The notes under the pieces: generated by a model
Databases searched by the model: none
Told to the model about the DNA's origin: nothing
The model's input: the letters and a program-made list of their open reading frames with translations, nothing else
Source: ANME-2 cluster archaeon
GTDB taxonomy: Archaea > Halobacteriota > Methanosarcinia > Methanosarcinales > Methanocomedenaceae
NCBI GenBank assembly: GCA_014237145.1
Contig: JAAXOC010000110.1
Location: forward strand, 25,639-89,638
Direction of reading: 5' to 3'
Length of the DNA: 64,000 nt
Program-made: the position numbers and the translations under genes
Shown: one piece after another, positions 49,304 through 64,000 of the stretch
Layout: each line of letters starts with the position of its first letter
How positions within the stretch are numbered: the stretch's first letter is position 1

Positions 49304-50034
49304 ACCCCCGGTGAATCAGGATACCTGATATATAACTCACCGAATAGTTCTTCCTGTTCAAGCCATATCTCCTTATTTGTTGCAAGGAACAGTAGTGATA
49401 TATAGGTCATCAGTTTATTTGAACGGTCCCCGGACAGCAGTTCACTAAGCGCGATATATGTCCTGTCTTCCAGGATGTTGCTAAGTGTTTCCCTCATTGA
49501 ATCCAACCTGCCTTCGATATCCTCCTCATGGGCGATACCCAGTACCTGTTCTGTGGTCGGCCGGGCCAGTTCAATGGTTTCCCTCGCTTTTTCACGGATG
49601 GTCTTTCGCCGTTCGACCACTTCTGCTTTCTCCAGCTCAAGTATCAGTTCATCCAGTGTGACCGAGCGCTGGGAATGGCGCCTCACAGGTGGTTTGGGTA
49701 CAGGATAATCGTTCACATCAAAAAAGTCCAGATCATCGACCCATGAATCATCCTCAATAACAGGTTCATCCACCAGGATATTGGACTTCATGCGCAGCAG
49801 GATAGCTGCATAATGGAGTGTCCTGCCTGATATCCTTAGATCCATACGCTCCAGTTCTTCAATATGGTGCAGGAACTTATCAGTTATTTCTACTATATCA
49901 ATGTTCCAGGGGTTTATCTCCCCTTCACGGACAAGGTTCACCAGTATCTCAACAGGCTCTTCATAAATATCCTGTGCATCCGAACCCACTGGTAAATAAT
50001 CATAAATAAACGGTATCTCGACTAATTCTTCCAT
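49294..50034 (-). CDS. scpA: segregation and condensation protein A (kleisin)
   Basis: 246 aa; N-terminal ScpA motif (INPWNIDIVEITDKFL) and C-terminal winged helix. Confidence 0.8.
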   Translation of the reverse strand: MEELVEIPFIYDYLPVGSDAQDIYEEPVEILVNLVREGEINPWNIDIVEITDKFLHHIEELERMDLRISGRTLHYAAILLRMKSNILVDEPVIEDDSWVDDLDFFDVNDYPVPKPPVRRHSQRSVTLDELILELEKAEVVERRKTIREKARETIELARPTTEQVLGIAHEEDIEGRLDSMRETLSNILEDRTYIALSELLSGDRSNKLMTYISLLFLATNKEIWLEQEELFGELYIRYPDSPGVCS

Positions 50035-50105
50035 TCAGTTCATCCCCTCTGAATTCCAGAATTTTTGTAAAATTCTTATAATATTGTAATATATTTACGT
50101 TGTTA

Positions 50106-54528
<4,423 letters not shown>

Positions 54529-54532
54529 TTAT

Positions 54533-55636
54533 TCAAATTATACCCATTTCGGTTAGCCGGTCGGGTAGGTACCGCTGGGTCACGAAATCCAGGCCCTTGC
54601 CTGCAAAAGCCTGCTGTTCTGCCTTCTTGCCGATATCAAGCTGGAGTTTTATCTGGGTCTTCCAGTATTCGGAATCGAACCTTGGGTCTGACAGTTCGCT
54701 TCGCAGTGCCTTTATATCCTGTTCTGTAAGCTTGTCAGTGGACAGATCGTAATCAACTATGTCACTTGGCTGCACGCCTATGAACTGCGCTGCCGGAGCA
54801 GCCAGGTACTCGGACAGGTGTGCGCTCTTGATGGCACCGTATGCAACGCTGGCAAATATCCTGTAACTCCAGGGGTCGCCATCAGTGAATACCAGTACAG
54901 ACAGGCCCAGTTCCTCACTAAGCCGTTTCAGGATGCGTCGTGTGCTTCGGGCAGGCTGCCCTTTAAGGTGCACCAGTACGGCATTATAATCTTCATCAAA
55001 CCCGTTCTCGATAAGCCTGGCCATCATACCGCCGGTCTCAATGGCTACCACAAATTTGGCATCGTGGTCAAGGAACTCGATATTGTCAACATTGAAGGGT
55101 ATCTGGTAGCCGCCCTCACCCACATCGTCCCGGCAGTGGATGATGCGCTCGCCCCGCTTTGTGGTCTCCTTGAGCCTGATAGACCCGAACATGGTGGCAC
55201 CGTCCTCTTCGGGCCTCATGTGGAAATCCTCCCTCTGCATTGCGGTGATGATCTCCAAATCTTCTATCATGCGGTCGCTTTCCGGCTGTTCCCTGAACTT
55301 GGCTATGTCCCAGTTCTCTGAAATGTAATACAGCTCCCTCAGTGTAGAACCCCTGTTGTTCTCCAGGTGCTCTTTTATGAGCATCTCTGAAGTATAGGAC
55401 ATTTTCAATATCTGGTTTGCACCCTTGACTGTTTTGGCACTGCGCGTGCTTGTGCTGTTGCCGTACACCCAGACTTCGCTGTTATTATTATACTCGATGT
55501 TGGCCTTGGTACGTGTAGGCAGCACGATATTGGGTACTGCCTGGTCCTCAAACTGCTTGTAAAATGATCCCACTATACCCAGCAGGGCCTCCTTTGCCAG
55601 TTTATCCCGTTCCTCTCGCAGGTTATTCATCCACAT
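54533..55636 (-). CDS. top6A: DNA topoisomerase VI subunit A (Spo11-like)
   Basis: 367 aa; CAP/Spo11 domain and TOPRIM; overlaps top6B by 14 nt. Confidence 0.9.
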   Translation of the reverse strand: MWMNNLREERDKLAKEALLGIVGSFYKQFEDQAVPNIVLPTRTKANIEYNNNSEVWVYGNSTSTRSAKTVKGANQILKMSYTSEMLIKEHLENNRGSTLRELYYISENWDIAKFREQPESDRMIEDLEIITAMQREDFHMRPEEDGATMFGSIRLKETTKRGERIIHCRDDVGEGGYQIPFNVDNIEFLDHDAKFVVAIETGGMMARLIENGFDEDYNAVLVHLKGQPARSTRRILKRLSEELGLSVLVFTDGDPWSYRIFASVAYGAIKSAHLSEYLAAPAAQFIGVQPSDIVDYDLSTDKLTEQDIKALRSELSDPRFDSEYWKTQIKLQLDIGKKAEQQAFAGKGLDFVTQRYLPDRLTEMGII

Positions 55637-57494
55637 ATCCCCTTACGGCTTTGGCGCCGTTGACCATTCCTTCATCTACACCTTCCACGATAAGGTCTGG
55701 GAGTGAGGTGGCCTCTTCATCTGATACGAAAGGCATGTTGTACCTGATGTTCATGCTGCTTCCAGGTTTTACGTCAAGTCTCCAGATATGATCGCTATCA
55801 TTACCCAGTGATATGACCTTTGGTTCAGGATCTGCATCCCTTACCGGATACTTGTGTGTATCGTGCAGTTTAAATGCCATTGAAGCGCTGCTGTAGTTCT
55901 TTACAGTGATATTCACCTGCACCCCGTCCCCGTTGTGTGAGATACTGCGATACACCAGCAGGTTGCCCATGACCTTTGCCACTACCGGGGTAATATCAGG
56001 GGTTGGCCTGTCTAGTATTGTGGATACCTTGTCAGCTATTCTGGGCAGTATTTTCTTTATGATCTCTTCTTTTTCCCTGCGCTTGGACAGATGCTGCTGT
56101 TTTGACAGGAAGGTCTTGAGCTTGCGGGCCACGTCCTTTAGTGCCAGTTCGACCTCGTTCATGATCTCTGGGACGTCTGCCACAGCATCCTTGCTCTCTG
56201 AAGTGAATGGTATATGAGTGGAGGCGACATGCACTACGAACACGGCAGGACCTGTGGGAAGACCGCCGCCGGGCTGGTTCAGGGAGTAGTTCTTCCACCT
56301 GATGTTCTCGACTGCATGGGTGATGGCACAGCCGCCCTGCTGGTAGAGCAGAGGCACCCGGTTGGCAAATCTTAATATGTGTACCCTGTCCTCTTTCCCA
56401 AGGCTGCCGCCATAGGAAATGCCTGCCTCTACCAGGAAGGGATGGCCTGTGTGCACCGACGCTGACCGGCTGACAGTAGCTATAAAATCCACGCTGAACT
56501 CTTTTTCAAGCCCCTTGTAGATGAGTGACTCGGTGATGGGGGACAGACAGTCAGTGGGTGGTGCCATGATCTTGACTTTCGTAAAGGCATCCAGGAGTTT
56601 TTTTGCATCTTCCAGTTCAATGGACCGGGGATCGGTTTCAGGGTCAAGATGGGCAGCTTTGCATATTTCCTCTGCGGTCAGGAGGCCGATCCGGGAAAAG
56701 CTGTATCTTAAAAATGGGGCGAGTTTCTGCCTGTCGGTGTAGCGCAGCATCTTGATAAGCGTGCCCAGTTCGATTCCCTCTGGGTGGGGCAGGATCTCCT
56801 TTGCCGGTTCGGGCAGGGTGTCCACTGCACGCTCGAATATGATCGTATTGCCGTCCGGTTCCACCAGGGTAAGCCTGGCATGGGTGTTGACGATGGCTGT
56901 ACTTTTTAAATATTCCAGCACGCTCTGCCGTCGTCCCTTGACGTATGAAGCTTTCATCTCCATCTCAACACGGGTGCCTCTGGGTCTGTCCCAGTCCACA
57001 ACTTTATCCTCAAGTATCTCTGGCTCGTTGGTGCTGGTATTTATGACAAGTTCATAATAATGGGCAGGTTTGTCCCGGTCTATCTTGGATATGATGCGTG
57101 TGGGCTTACCTGTGGTGAGCTGGCTGTACAGGACTGCGGCTGATATGCCTATACCCTGCTGTCCCCTGCTCTGCTTGATGGCATGGAAGCGGGAGCCGTA
57201 CAGGAGCTTGGCAAATGTACTGGGTATTTGCTCCTTGACTATGCCAGGACCATTGTCCTCTATTATAATTGCAACATTATCGCCGCCAGCATCTTCTATG
57301 CTGACCATGATGTCAGGCAGTATCCCTGCTTCTTCGCATGCGTCAAGGGAATTGTCCACACCTTCCTTGACTGCGGTTAGCAGGCTGCGGGGTGCGGAAT
57401 CAAAACCCAGTATCTGCCTGTTCTTTTCAAAAAATTCTGCGATACTTATGGCACGTTGTTTTTTTGCAAGCTCTTCAGCTATTGGTACTGCCAC
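55623..57494 (-). CDS. top6B: DNA topoisomerase VI subunit B
   Basis: 623 aa; GHKL (Bergerat) ATPase motifs, H2TH and transducer domains. Confidence 0.9.
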   Translation of the reverse strand: MAVPIAEELAKKQRAISIAEFFEKNRQILGFDSAPRSLLTAVKEGVDNSLDACEEAGILPDIMVSIEDAGGDNVAIIIEDNGPGIVKEQIPSTFAKLLYGSRFHAIKQSRGQQGIGISAAVLYSQLTTGKPTRIISKIDRDKPAHYYELVINTSTNEPEILEDKVVDWDRPRGTRVEMEMKASYVKGRRQSVLEYLKSTAIVNTHARLTLVEPDGNTIIFERAVDTLPEPAKEILPHPEGIELGTLIKMLRYTDRQKLAPFLRYSFSRIGLLTAEEICKAAHLDPETDPRSIELEDAKKLLDAFTKVKIMAPPTDCLSPITESLIYKGLEKEFSVDFIATVSRSASVHTGHPFLVEAGISYGGSLGKEDRVHILRFANRVPLLYQQGGCAITHAVENIRWKNYSLNQPGGGLPTGPAVFVVHVASTHIPFTSESKDAVADVPEIMNEVELALKDVARKLKTFLSKQQHLSKRREKEEIIKKILPRIADKVSTILDRPTPDITPVVAKVMGNLLVYRSISHNGDGVQVNITVKNYSSASMAFKLHDTHKYPVRDADPEPKVISLGNDSDHIWRLDVKPGSSMNIRYNMPFVSDEEATSLPDLIVEGVDEGMVNGAKAVRGYVDE

Positions 57495-57610
57495 TAATTC
57501 ATCCCCTCTGTAAATGAAAAATTGACATCCATCTTTAAATGACCTACAGTATGGCAGTTATTAAATATTAAATTATTTATTTATTATATTTTACTGAAAA
57601 ACGATATGCA

Positions 57611-57841
57611 TCAAAGTTCTGCGCCTACGACTGTCTGGGTGGCGGTGACGTTCTCGCTCTCACGTATTGTATCTACCAGTTTGTTCAATGTACTCAAGCC
57701 TTCTACTTCGCTGATGACTATAAAATCATATTCACCGAACACGTGGTATATTTCCTTGATGCCATTGACATTCATAAGTTGGTTGTATGCAGCCTTCTCC
57801 TGGCCTGGTACAACATTGACCATTATCACACCTATTACCAT
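57611..57841 (-). CDS. stand-alone Lrp/AsnC C-terminal (RAM) domain protein
   Basis: 76 aa; corresponds to AsnC-type ligand-binding domain without HTH. Confidence 0.6.
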   Translation of the reverse strand: MVIGVIMVNVVPGQEKAAYNQLMNVNGIKEIYHVFGEYDFIVISEVEGLSTLNKLVDTIRESENVTATQTVVGAEL

Positions 57842-58130
57842 ATATTGTCACCATCCTTTTTAGTTGGTATCGTCATGCGATTTTCTACTGATGACTAATA
57901 GTTTTAATGTGTTTTAAATGTATTGTTTAATGTGTGGAGAGGCTATTTTTTTACAGATTATCATCTGGAGATATCCCATTCCATTATTTATTGCAAGCTT
58001 GTATAGTCCCGTAATTATTTCGCATTGAACTCTTTTCAGGACTATACAGTGTTCAATTCCGGTGCTACAAAGCTTATAAGAAAAATCTGCTATACTATCT
58101 TATAGAGGACTATAGTAATTTATAAATATA

Positions 58131-58370
58131 TTGGAAGAAAAAAATACAATCATGGTTACAACAATCCAAATAAAAGAAGATACCAAATCGACATTAACGC
58201 AAATGAAACTCTTTGAAAGAGAGACTTATAACGATGTTTTAGAGCGACTCATTGAGGACGTTCACGAACTCAATGATGAAACAAAAAAAGAGATTGAATC
58301 CGCAATAAATGAGATCAAGAGCGGCAAATACATTACACATGAAAAGCTTGCTGAAGAAATGGGATTCTGA
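58131..58370 (+). CDS. antitoxin of RelE/ParE-type TA pair
   Basis: 79 aa; stop overlaps start of toxin gene (58370). Confidence 0.5.
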   Translation: MEEKNTIMVTTIQIKEDTKSTLTQMKLFERETYNDVLERLIEDVHELNDETKKEIESAINEIKSGKYITHEKLAEEMGF

Positions 58371-58627
58371 TGATATTTCAAATAATATGGTCAGAATCAG
58401 CAGCAAAGAAACTTAAAAAATTAGATAAAACCGTTGCAAAACGAATTTTCAAAAAAGTTTCAGAACTTAGCGAAAATCCATATCATTCTGACGTAACAAA
58501 AATGGTAGGAGATCCTTATTTTCGACTACGCATTGGTGATTATCGTTTCATTTTTAATATACAGAATGACATGCTTCGAATGCTTATTCTTAATGTAGGT
58601 CATCGAAAGAATGTCTATATAAAATAA
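58370..58627 (+). CDS. RelE/ParE family toxin
   Basis: 85 aa; YFRLRIGDYRFIFNIQNDMLRMLILNVGHRKNVY is a classical RelE/ParE C-terminal pattern. Confidence 0.75.
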   Translation: MIFQIIWSESAAKKLKKLDKTVAKRIFKKVSELSENPYHSDVTKMVGDPYFRLRIGDYRFIFNIQNDMLRMLILNVGHRKNVYIK

Positions 58628-58739
58628 TTGAACCGTCACTTTTGTAAAAATGCGCACATGAATTTGGACTGCACAATTTAAATCTCCAATTCGTCTCCTT
58701 TTCCGTTGGATTTTGAATTACTGGACCGCCTCTTTGAGC

Positions 58740-58797
58740 TGAAGAACATCCGGTGGTCCGTATTTTGTGTATACAATCGCTTTCACTGGGGTATCCT
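58740..58797 (-). pseudogene. stub of a third copy of the zinc-type alcohol dehydrogenase-like gene (first ~19 codons only)
   Basis: ctctttgagctgaagaacatccggtggtccgtattttgtgtatacaatcgctttca matches 5' ends of the genes at 60811 and 62643. Confidence 0.55.
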
Positions 58798-58817
58798 TCC
58801 TTTTTGATTAATAATAA

Positions 58818-59804
58818 TTATAATCGCGCGAGTACATTAATCAGTTTATCGCAGCCACCGTTTTTTATAAATTCCGTATGATCGTCTATTGTCTTAAAAC
58901 ACTGTCCACATATTTTATGACATAGAATTTCAGAATCGGTCGCACCATAGAATGCTTTTAATGTGTTTGTCGCGTTTGGATTAAGATTTGCGGATTTCTC
59001 AGGATGTTTTCTACACCAAGCGAGAGTGTTCATCCATATCGTAGCACTCAGCGCGCCACAAGCATTACCGCTCAAACCAAGACCTCCGGCAAATCCGGCA
59101 ACCATAACCATTTCTTCATCACTAGCTCCCATTTTTTTGGCGACTTCAGAAGCGCAACTTATAGGCAGTTGAGGTAGATCAGTTTGTTCGTTGGATAATC
59201 CTTCAGTTGCTGATTGGATCGCTTCCGGAGTCCTTTTTCCGAGACCGTTACAATTTGTGTTGGTGAATCTAATTAAACCACAGATAAACACAGATGAACA
59301 CAGATTTTCAGGCAGCGTATCCGCGTTCATCTGCGGTTAGTTTGATAATACTAACATTTAATGTAACGGTCTCATTTTTCCGCAAGTTTAAAGCAGGATA
59401 TAAATCTACCAGATAAAAAGTATTTCACCAGACTAAATTTGCTTGAAAAATCACAACCAGTTATGTCCGAACAGTTGACGCTTTTTGCCCTATTTGAAAA
59501 TGATTCCATAAGGTGCCACGTTGCCGTTATGGCAATACCGATGGCTTGACCGCGGTCATTGCTCCTACGAAAGGATTCCGCTCCTACAGCCAATGCAGAC
59601 CCCCCAAAGCATTCCGCATTGATATCCTTCTTTCATTAATCCACCCGCTAATGGGTCCGCAGCACGCTCCTCAGTTTCTAGTGGATAACCGAATTCGCGG
59701 TTTAATATATAAAAGAATGTGCGAGAGCAAGTACCTAATTTTCGAAATACTTTTTTGGTGTCTTGTTGAGCGGTCTTTTTGTTTGAATTCATTTTTTTCA
59801 CCAT
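58818..59804 (-). pseudogene. C_GCAxxG_C_C family gene disrupted by MITE insertion and frameshifts
   Basis: Three consecutive ORFs in different frames (59565..59804, 59372..59593, 58818..59330) together align to the intact C_GCAxxG_C_C region of 60868..62643; N-terminus of the 58818..59330 ORF is read from the inserted element. Confidence 0.75.
59241..59373. mobile_element. 133-bp MITE, copy 2, inserted into C_GCAxxG_C_C gene; 12-bp TIRs gagaccgttaca/tgtaacggtctc; 8-bp TSD tttttccg
   Basis: Comparison with the intact paralog (61290-61330) shows a clean insertion flanked by direct tttttccg (59233-59240 and 59375-59382); core aaccacagataaacacagatgaacacag...gcgttcatctgcggtt. Confidence 0.8.
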
Positions 59805-60811
59805 TTCTTTTTATTATGTTCCAAAGTTATGACTACATTTCCCTTTTTGTGTCCTTTTTCGACATACCTGTGAGCCTCAGCAGTCTGTTCCAGCGGATAG
59901 CATCGATCTATGACCGATATTATCTTCCCCGCCTCAACAAGCTCTTTGAGGAAAATTAGATCTTCAGACTTTTCGCTTGCCAACGCACATATTACTTTCT
60001 TGCTGCCTATAATCGAAGTCCCTAACATTTGAATAAGTTTTCTCATCTTAAAGCTGGCTAAAAGATAACGTCCGTTCTGCGTTAGCGAGCCTTTACAACG
60101 TGAGAATGAACTCCTGCCTAATATGTCAAAAATTAGATTATATTTCTCACCGTTCTTGGTAAAATCCTCCTTGGTATAATCGATTACTTTATCAGCTCCC
60201 AGAGATTTCACCAATTCTAATCTCGGGGTACTGCATACCCCGGTAACTTCTGCTCCATAATACTTGGCAAGCTGCACTGCGAGTGACCCTATCCCTCCGG
60301 AAGCTCCATTGATAAGGACCTTTTGTCCGCTCTGAATATTTACTTTTCTAAGGAGGCTTAACGCCATTATTCCCCCGTAAGGAACGCAAGCGGCTTCCTC
60401 ATAGGTCATATTGGCCGGTTTGATCCCCACCATCCCATCTTCAGGCATACATAGATACTCGGCATTGGCACCCATGCTCATACCACGATATGCAAAAACT
60501 TGGTCTCCTCTCCGAAATTTTTTTACACCTTTGCCTATCGCTTCAATTTCCCCGGCTAACTCGCTCCCCAGTATAGGGTTTTTTGGTTTTCTGAGACCAA
60601 ATGACATTCGTGCGGGGAGCCAGAGGAGCATAGGCATATTGAACTCGCTGGGAGAGATATTGCTAAAATTTCGAGCTGTAATATCCCCGTAATTTACTGG
60701 CGTCGCATATACACTTATCAGTATTTCATTATCCTTGGGAGTAGGTTTTTCTACCTCTTTGAGCTGAAGAACATCGGGTGATCCGTATTTTGTATATACA
60801 ATCGCTTTCAT
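59798..60811 (-). CDS. zinc-type alcohol dehydrogenase-like / quinone oxidoreductase (MDR superfamily)
   Basis: 337 aa; [24 protein letters not shown]-terminus, NAD(P)-binding [15 protein letters not shown]. Confidence 0.8.
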   Translation of the reverse strand: MKAIVYTKYGSPDVLQLKEVEKPTPKDNEILISVYATPVNYGDITARNFSNISPSEFNMPMLLWLPARMSFGLRKPKNPILGSELAGEIEAIGKGVKKFRRGDQVFAYRGMSMGANAEYLCMPEDGMVGIKPANMTYEEAACVPYGGIMALSLLRKVNIQSGQKVLINGASGGIGSLAVQLAKYYGAEVTGVCSTPRLELVKSLGADKVIDYTKEDFTKNGEKYNLIFDILGRSSFSRCKGSLTQNGRYLLASFKMRKLIQMLGTSIIGSKKVICALASEKSEDLIFLKELVEAGKIISVIDRCYPLEQTAEAHRYVEKGHKKGNVVITLEHNKKKW

Positions 60812-60867
60812 AAGTACTCCTCCTAATTTATTTTATTATTTCAGTAACCTGATCAGAGAACAATAGT

Positions 60868-62643
60868 CTATTGAAGAGAATTCGTGTCCGCGAGTACATT
60901 AATCAGTTTATTGCAGCCACTGTTTTTTATAAATTCAATATGATCGTCTATTGTCTTAAAACACTGTCCACATATTTTATGACATAGAATTTCAGAATCG
61001 GTCACTTCATAGAATGCTTTTAATGTATTTGTCGCGTTTGGATTAGGATTTGAAGATTTTCCAGGATGTTTTCTACACCAGTCAAGTGTGTCTATCCATA
61101 TAGCGGCGCTCAGTGCGCCACAAGCATTGCCGCTCAAACCAAGACCTCCAGCAAATCCGGCAACCATAACCATTTCTTCATCACTAACTCCCATTTTTTT
61201 AGCGACTTCAGAAGCGCAACTTATTGGCAGTTGAGTTAAATCCGTTTGTTCGTAGGATAATCCTTCAGTTGCTGATTGGATCGCTTCCGGAGCCCATTTT
61301 TCCGCGAGTTTAAGGCAGGATATGACTTTACCAAAGAGAAAGTATTTCGCCATACTGATTTTGCTTGAAAAATCACAACCAGTTATATCCCTACAATTGA
61401 CGCTTTTAGCCCTTTTTGAAAATGATTCCATAAGGTGCCCCGTTGCCGTTATGGCTATACCGATGGCTTGATCGTGATTATCGTGCCTACGAAAGGATTC
61501 CGCCCCCACAGCCAATGCAGATCCCCAAAGCATTCCGCATTGATATCCTTGTTGCAATATTCCACCACATAATGGATCCGCGGCACGCTCCTCAGTTTCT
61601 TTTAGATAACCGAATTCACGGTTTAATATATAAAAGAATGCGCTAGAGCAAGGGCCTTTTTTTAGAAATACTTTTTTGGTGTCTCTTTTAATCACTTTCG
61701 TAATGATTTCTTCAATTCGTTGGATTTTATTATTATGTTTCAAAGTTATGACTACATTTCCCTTTTTGTGTCCTTTTTCAACATACCTGTGAGCCTCGGC
61801 AATTCGTTCCAAAGGATAGCGTCTATCTATGACCGGTTTTATCTTTCCCGCCTCAATAAGCTCTTTGAGGAAAATTAAATCTTCGGCACTTTCCTTATAT
61901 GTCACCTTATGAATTGACACGAATGTCCCGTTCGGAATTAGTGCTTTCTTGCACTTTGATTTCGAGAGTTTTCCAACGGCATCAAAGATGCAACCATAAA
62001 GCTCTCCGCTTTGGGTAAAATCCTCTTTGGTGTAATCAATTACGTTATCGGCTCCCAGAGATTTCACGAACTCTAAATTGGTGGTACTGCATACCCCGGT
62101 AATTTCTGCCCCAAAGTGCTTGGCAAGCTGCACCGCAAAAGTACCTACACTCCCAGAAGCTCCATAGATTAAAACTTTTTGTCCGCTCTGGATATTTCCT
62201 TTTCTAAGAACCTGCAATGCCCCAATTCCCCCGGTAGGAACGGCGGCAGCTTCCTCATAGGTCATGTTGGCCGGTTTTATTGCCACCACCCCTTCTTCAG
62301 GCAGACATTTGTATTCGGCATGAGCGCCAAAATCCAAACCGCAAGATGCAAAAACTTGGTCACCTTTCTTGAACAGCTTTACATCTTTACCTACTGCTTC
62401 AATTTCCCCGGCTAGCTGCATCCCTAGTATAGCTCTCTTTGGTTTTCTAAGACCTAAATATATTCGCGCGGGGAGCCATTCCCAGAAAGGGACTGTGAAA
62501 CTTCGCATTCTCACGTCCCCTGCTGAAACGGTTGTCGCGTGTACTTTTACCAGTATTTCATTGTCCTTGGGAGTAGGTTTTTCCACCTCTTTGAGCTGAA
62601 GAACATCCGGTGGTCCGTATTTTGTGCATACAATAGCTTTCAT
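60868..62643 (-). CDS. fusion ORF: MDR-superfamily oxidoreductase (N-terminal ~330 aa) + C_GCAxxG_C_C family domain (C-terminal ~250 aa)
   Basis: 591 aa continuous frame; N-half ~75% identical by eye to 59798..60811 product; C-half contains intact [22 protein letters not shown] motif; no stop between halves, unlike the paralogous pair. Confidence 0.65.
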   Translation of the reverse strand: MKAIVCTKYGPPDVLQLKEVEKPTPKDNEILVKVHATTVSAGDVRMRSFTVPFWEWLPARIYLGLRKPKRAILGMQLAGEIEAVGKDVKLFKKGDQVFASCGLDFGAHAEYKCLPEEGVVAIKPANMTYEEAAAVPTGGIGALQVLRKGNIQSGQKVLIYGASGSVGTFAVQLAKHFGAEITGVCSTTNLEFVKSLGADNVIDYTKEDFTQSGELYGCIFDAVGKLSKSKCKKALIPNGTFVSIHKVTYKESAEDLIFLKELIEAGKIKPVIDRRYPLERIAEAHRYVEKGHKKGNVVITLKHNNKIQRIEEIITKVIKRDTKKVFLKKGPCSSAFFYILNREFGYLKETEERAADPLCGGILQQGYQCGMLWGSALAVGAESFRRHDNHDQAIGIAITATGHLMESFSKRAKSVNCRDITGCDFSSKISMAKYFLFGKVISCLKLAEKWAPEAIQSATEGLSYEQTDLTQLPISCASEVAKKMGVSDEEMVMVAGFAGGLGLSGNACGALSAAIWIDTLDWCRKHPGKSSNPNPNATNTLKAFYEVTDSEILCHKICGQCFKTIDDHIEFIKNSGCNKLINVLADTNSLQ

Positions 62644-63099
62644 AAGTATTTCTCCAAGGTTGTTTTGTTTCGGTCATTTTTAGAATAGTTTAGCACAATA
62701 GTTGCACCCTAAAGTCAGGGGATATAATTATCCGAATTCAATTTTTCACCACCATTCGTGATATTGGAATAATATGTCATAGGTAAGTCCCCTGTAATTG
62801 TTTGCAACCCTGAACTAACTTAAAAAAATCTTTATTAGACAGTCTGGAAGCCAGATGGATTAATTTTTCATTTTCTTCTAATGTTTCTAATTCATTTCTT
62901 GAACTTACAATTCTTATTTTCATTTCCATATACGCGTCATTTGATATTTAAATCTTTCGATAAATAGTCACGTTTGGTATTTAATTCCGTGTAATCTCAA
63001 TTTTGAAGCCAATATTTGTAACAATAATGGATGAAGTGAAGAACTAGCGAGAAAAGCCGCTGCCAGTCTAATTACAACCATCCTAGATCGTAAACTGTA

Positions 63100-63420
63100 T
63101 TGGGGATTGGCTACACTGTTTGCCTTTACCCTTCCCGCATCCCCTCCCGATCAGCTCCGACCGCCCATGTTGTGAGGGGGCTGGCAGGCGCTTGGTGCTT
63201 TTCTCACTTAGTACCCTTAATGGTCAACCAGATCCCAAGACCAAGCTGTCAGAGTCCCACCGGACTTGCCAATATCACGAAAATGGGATACAATGTCACT
63301 TCAATACAGGGCAGCCAGAGCCCAACTGTAATCAGGATACCTGGGATTTCAAAATGGAGCTGGTGGAGGGATTTGACAGGGGGCGCAGTGAGAGGGGGAC
63401 CGTTAAAAAGTGCCTGTCGT
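63100..63420. other. ~320-bp GC-rich non-coding segment, candidate structured ncRNA
   Basis: Abrupt GC rise; only two overlapping + strand ORFs with low-complexity products; runs of GGGGG and several hairpins (gggcagccagagccc). Confidence 0.35.
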
Positions 63421-63427
63421 TATCTTA

Positions 63428-64000
63428 TCATTGCCCTTTTGTCATTTCATCTGCAATCAGTTCTGCCTGTTTAAGCACTGTTTCTGTCGCAAGTGCCTGC
63501 ATATCAGGAGGGTAACCATATTGTCTCAATGTCCGTTTTACAATTACTCTTAATTTTGCCCTGACGTTTTCTTTTATTGTCCAGTCTATTGACGCATTCT
63601 GTTTGACTTTCTCAAATAGAACAACTGCTAATTCCCGAAGTGTATCTTTTTGCATCAATTCCCTGGCACTTTCATTATCAGCTATTGCTGTATAGAAAGC
63701 ATATTCATATTCTGATAAACCCATTTCTTTTGGTTCTTTATCTATTCTTTTAATTTCTTTGCTGAGTTCAATTAATTCTTCAATTACTTCTGCTGCAGTT
63801 ATCACCTTATTGTGATATCTCTTGATTGAATCCTCAAGCATTTCCATCAATGTTCTACCTTCCACCAGATTCTTTTTGACCCTTGCTTTTATCTCATCAT
63901 TGAGTAACTTCTTTAAAACTTCAAGAGCGATATTTTTGTGTTCCATACCCTGGACTTCTAAAAGAAAATCTTCCGAAAGTATAGATATATCTGGTTTTTT
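63428..64000 (-). CDS. hsdR: type I restriction enzyme R subunit (HsdR), C-terminal part; gene continues beyond window end
   Basis: Frame is open through 64000 (KKPDISILSEDFLLEVQGMEHKNIALEVLKKLLNDEIKARVKK...); LSEYEYAFYTAIADNESARELM...NVRAKLRVIVKRTLRQYGYPPD matches the HsdR C-terminal domain. Confidence 0.65.
   Translation of the reverse strand, partial: KKPDISILSEDFLLEVQGMEHKNIALEVLKKLLNDEIKARVKKNLVEGRTLMEMLEDSIKRYHNKVITAAEVIEELIELSKEIKRIDKEPKEMGLSEYEYAFYTAIADNESARELMQKDTLRELAVVLFEKVKQNASIDWTIKENVRAKLRVIVKRTLRQYGYPPDMQALATETVLKQAELIADEMTKGQ

Noticed and set aside
62777-62931. Unlisted ~50-aa reverse-strand ORF (MEMKIRIVSSRNELETLEENEKLIHLASRLSNKDFFKLVQGCKQLQGTYL)
   Set aside because: It has no recognisable family and is AT-rich, so it could be chance. 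It is left unannotated.
63100-63420. RNase P RNA (P4-like GGCAAGUCCGGUGGGAC on reverse strand; AUACAGGGCAGCCAGAGCCC resembling the AUAGGGCAGG region)
   Set aside because: No complementary P4 3' strand (ACAGAAcCCGGCUUA-like) in a compatible position on either strand. The P4-like motif sits mid-element rather than near the 5' end. It is kept only as an unspecified ncRNA candidate.

Overview
The window is a 64-kb archaeal chromosomal segment, probably from a Methanosarcinales-like euryarchaeon, possibly of the ANME-2 or Methanoperedens type. The evidence is an archaeal/eukaryotic-type GlyRS, topoisomerase VI next to gyrase, PurP, archaeal MetAP2, myo-inositol-1-phosphate synthase, a porGDAB operon, PGF-CTERM surface proteins and a PGF-CTERM multiheme cytochrome c. 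The first ~19 kb and the last ~30 kb are mostly housekeeping genes: glyS, MIPS, moeA, map, purP, leuB/leuD-like, a radical SAM gene, porGDAB, scpAB, gyrAB and top6AB. The middle ~16 kb (19.7-35.4 kb) is an AT-richer accessory island, and it holds the most interesting content. It carries five paralogous genes whose products share a C-terminal module ending in a CPxCG...FCxECGxKL zinc ribbon, attached to very different N-terminal parts (PEGA, DUF2341/LamG, beta-propeller, SPFH/flotillin, or none). An orphan copy of the zinc-ribbon tail sits among them. The island also holds an archaeal-ATPase gene and several toxin-antitoxin pairs. It abuts an ESCRT-III (Snf7/CHMP-like) plus Vps4-like (MIT-AAA) gene pair that is divergently transcribed from the SPFH-zinc-ribbon gene. 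The window also contains a ~133-bp MITE family with recognisable TIRs and an 8-bp target-site duplication. One MITE copy disrupts a C_GCAxxG_C_C gene inside a triplicated oxidoreductase cassette. Other features are a second short CACAGAG palindromic repeat family, a 30-bp x5 tandem array in a promoter region, and two GC-rich non-coding segments that may be structured RNAs or decayed DNA. No tRNA, rRNA or CRISPR was found.
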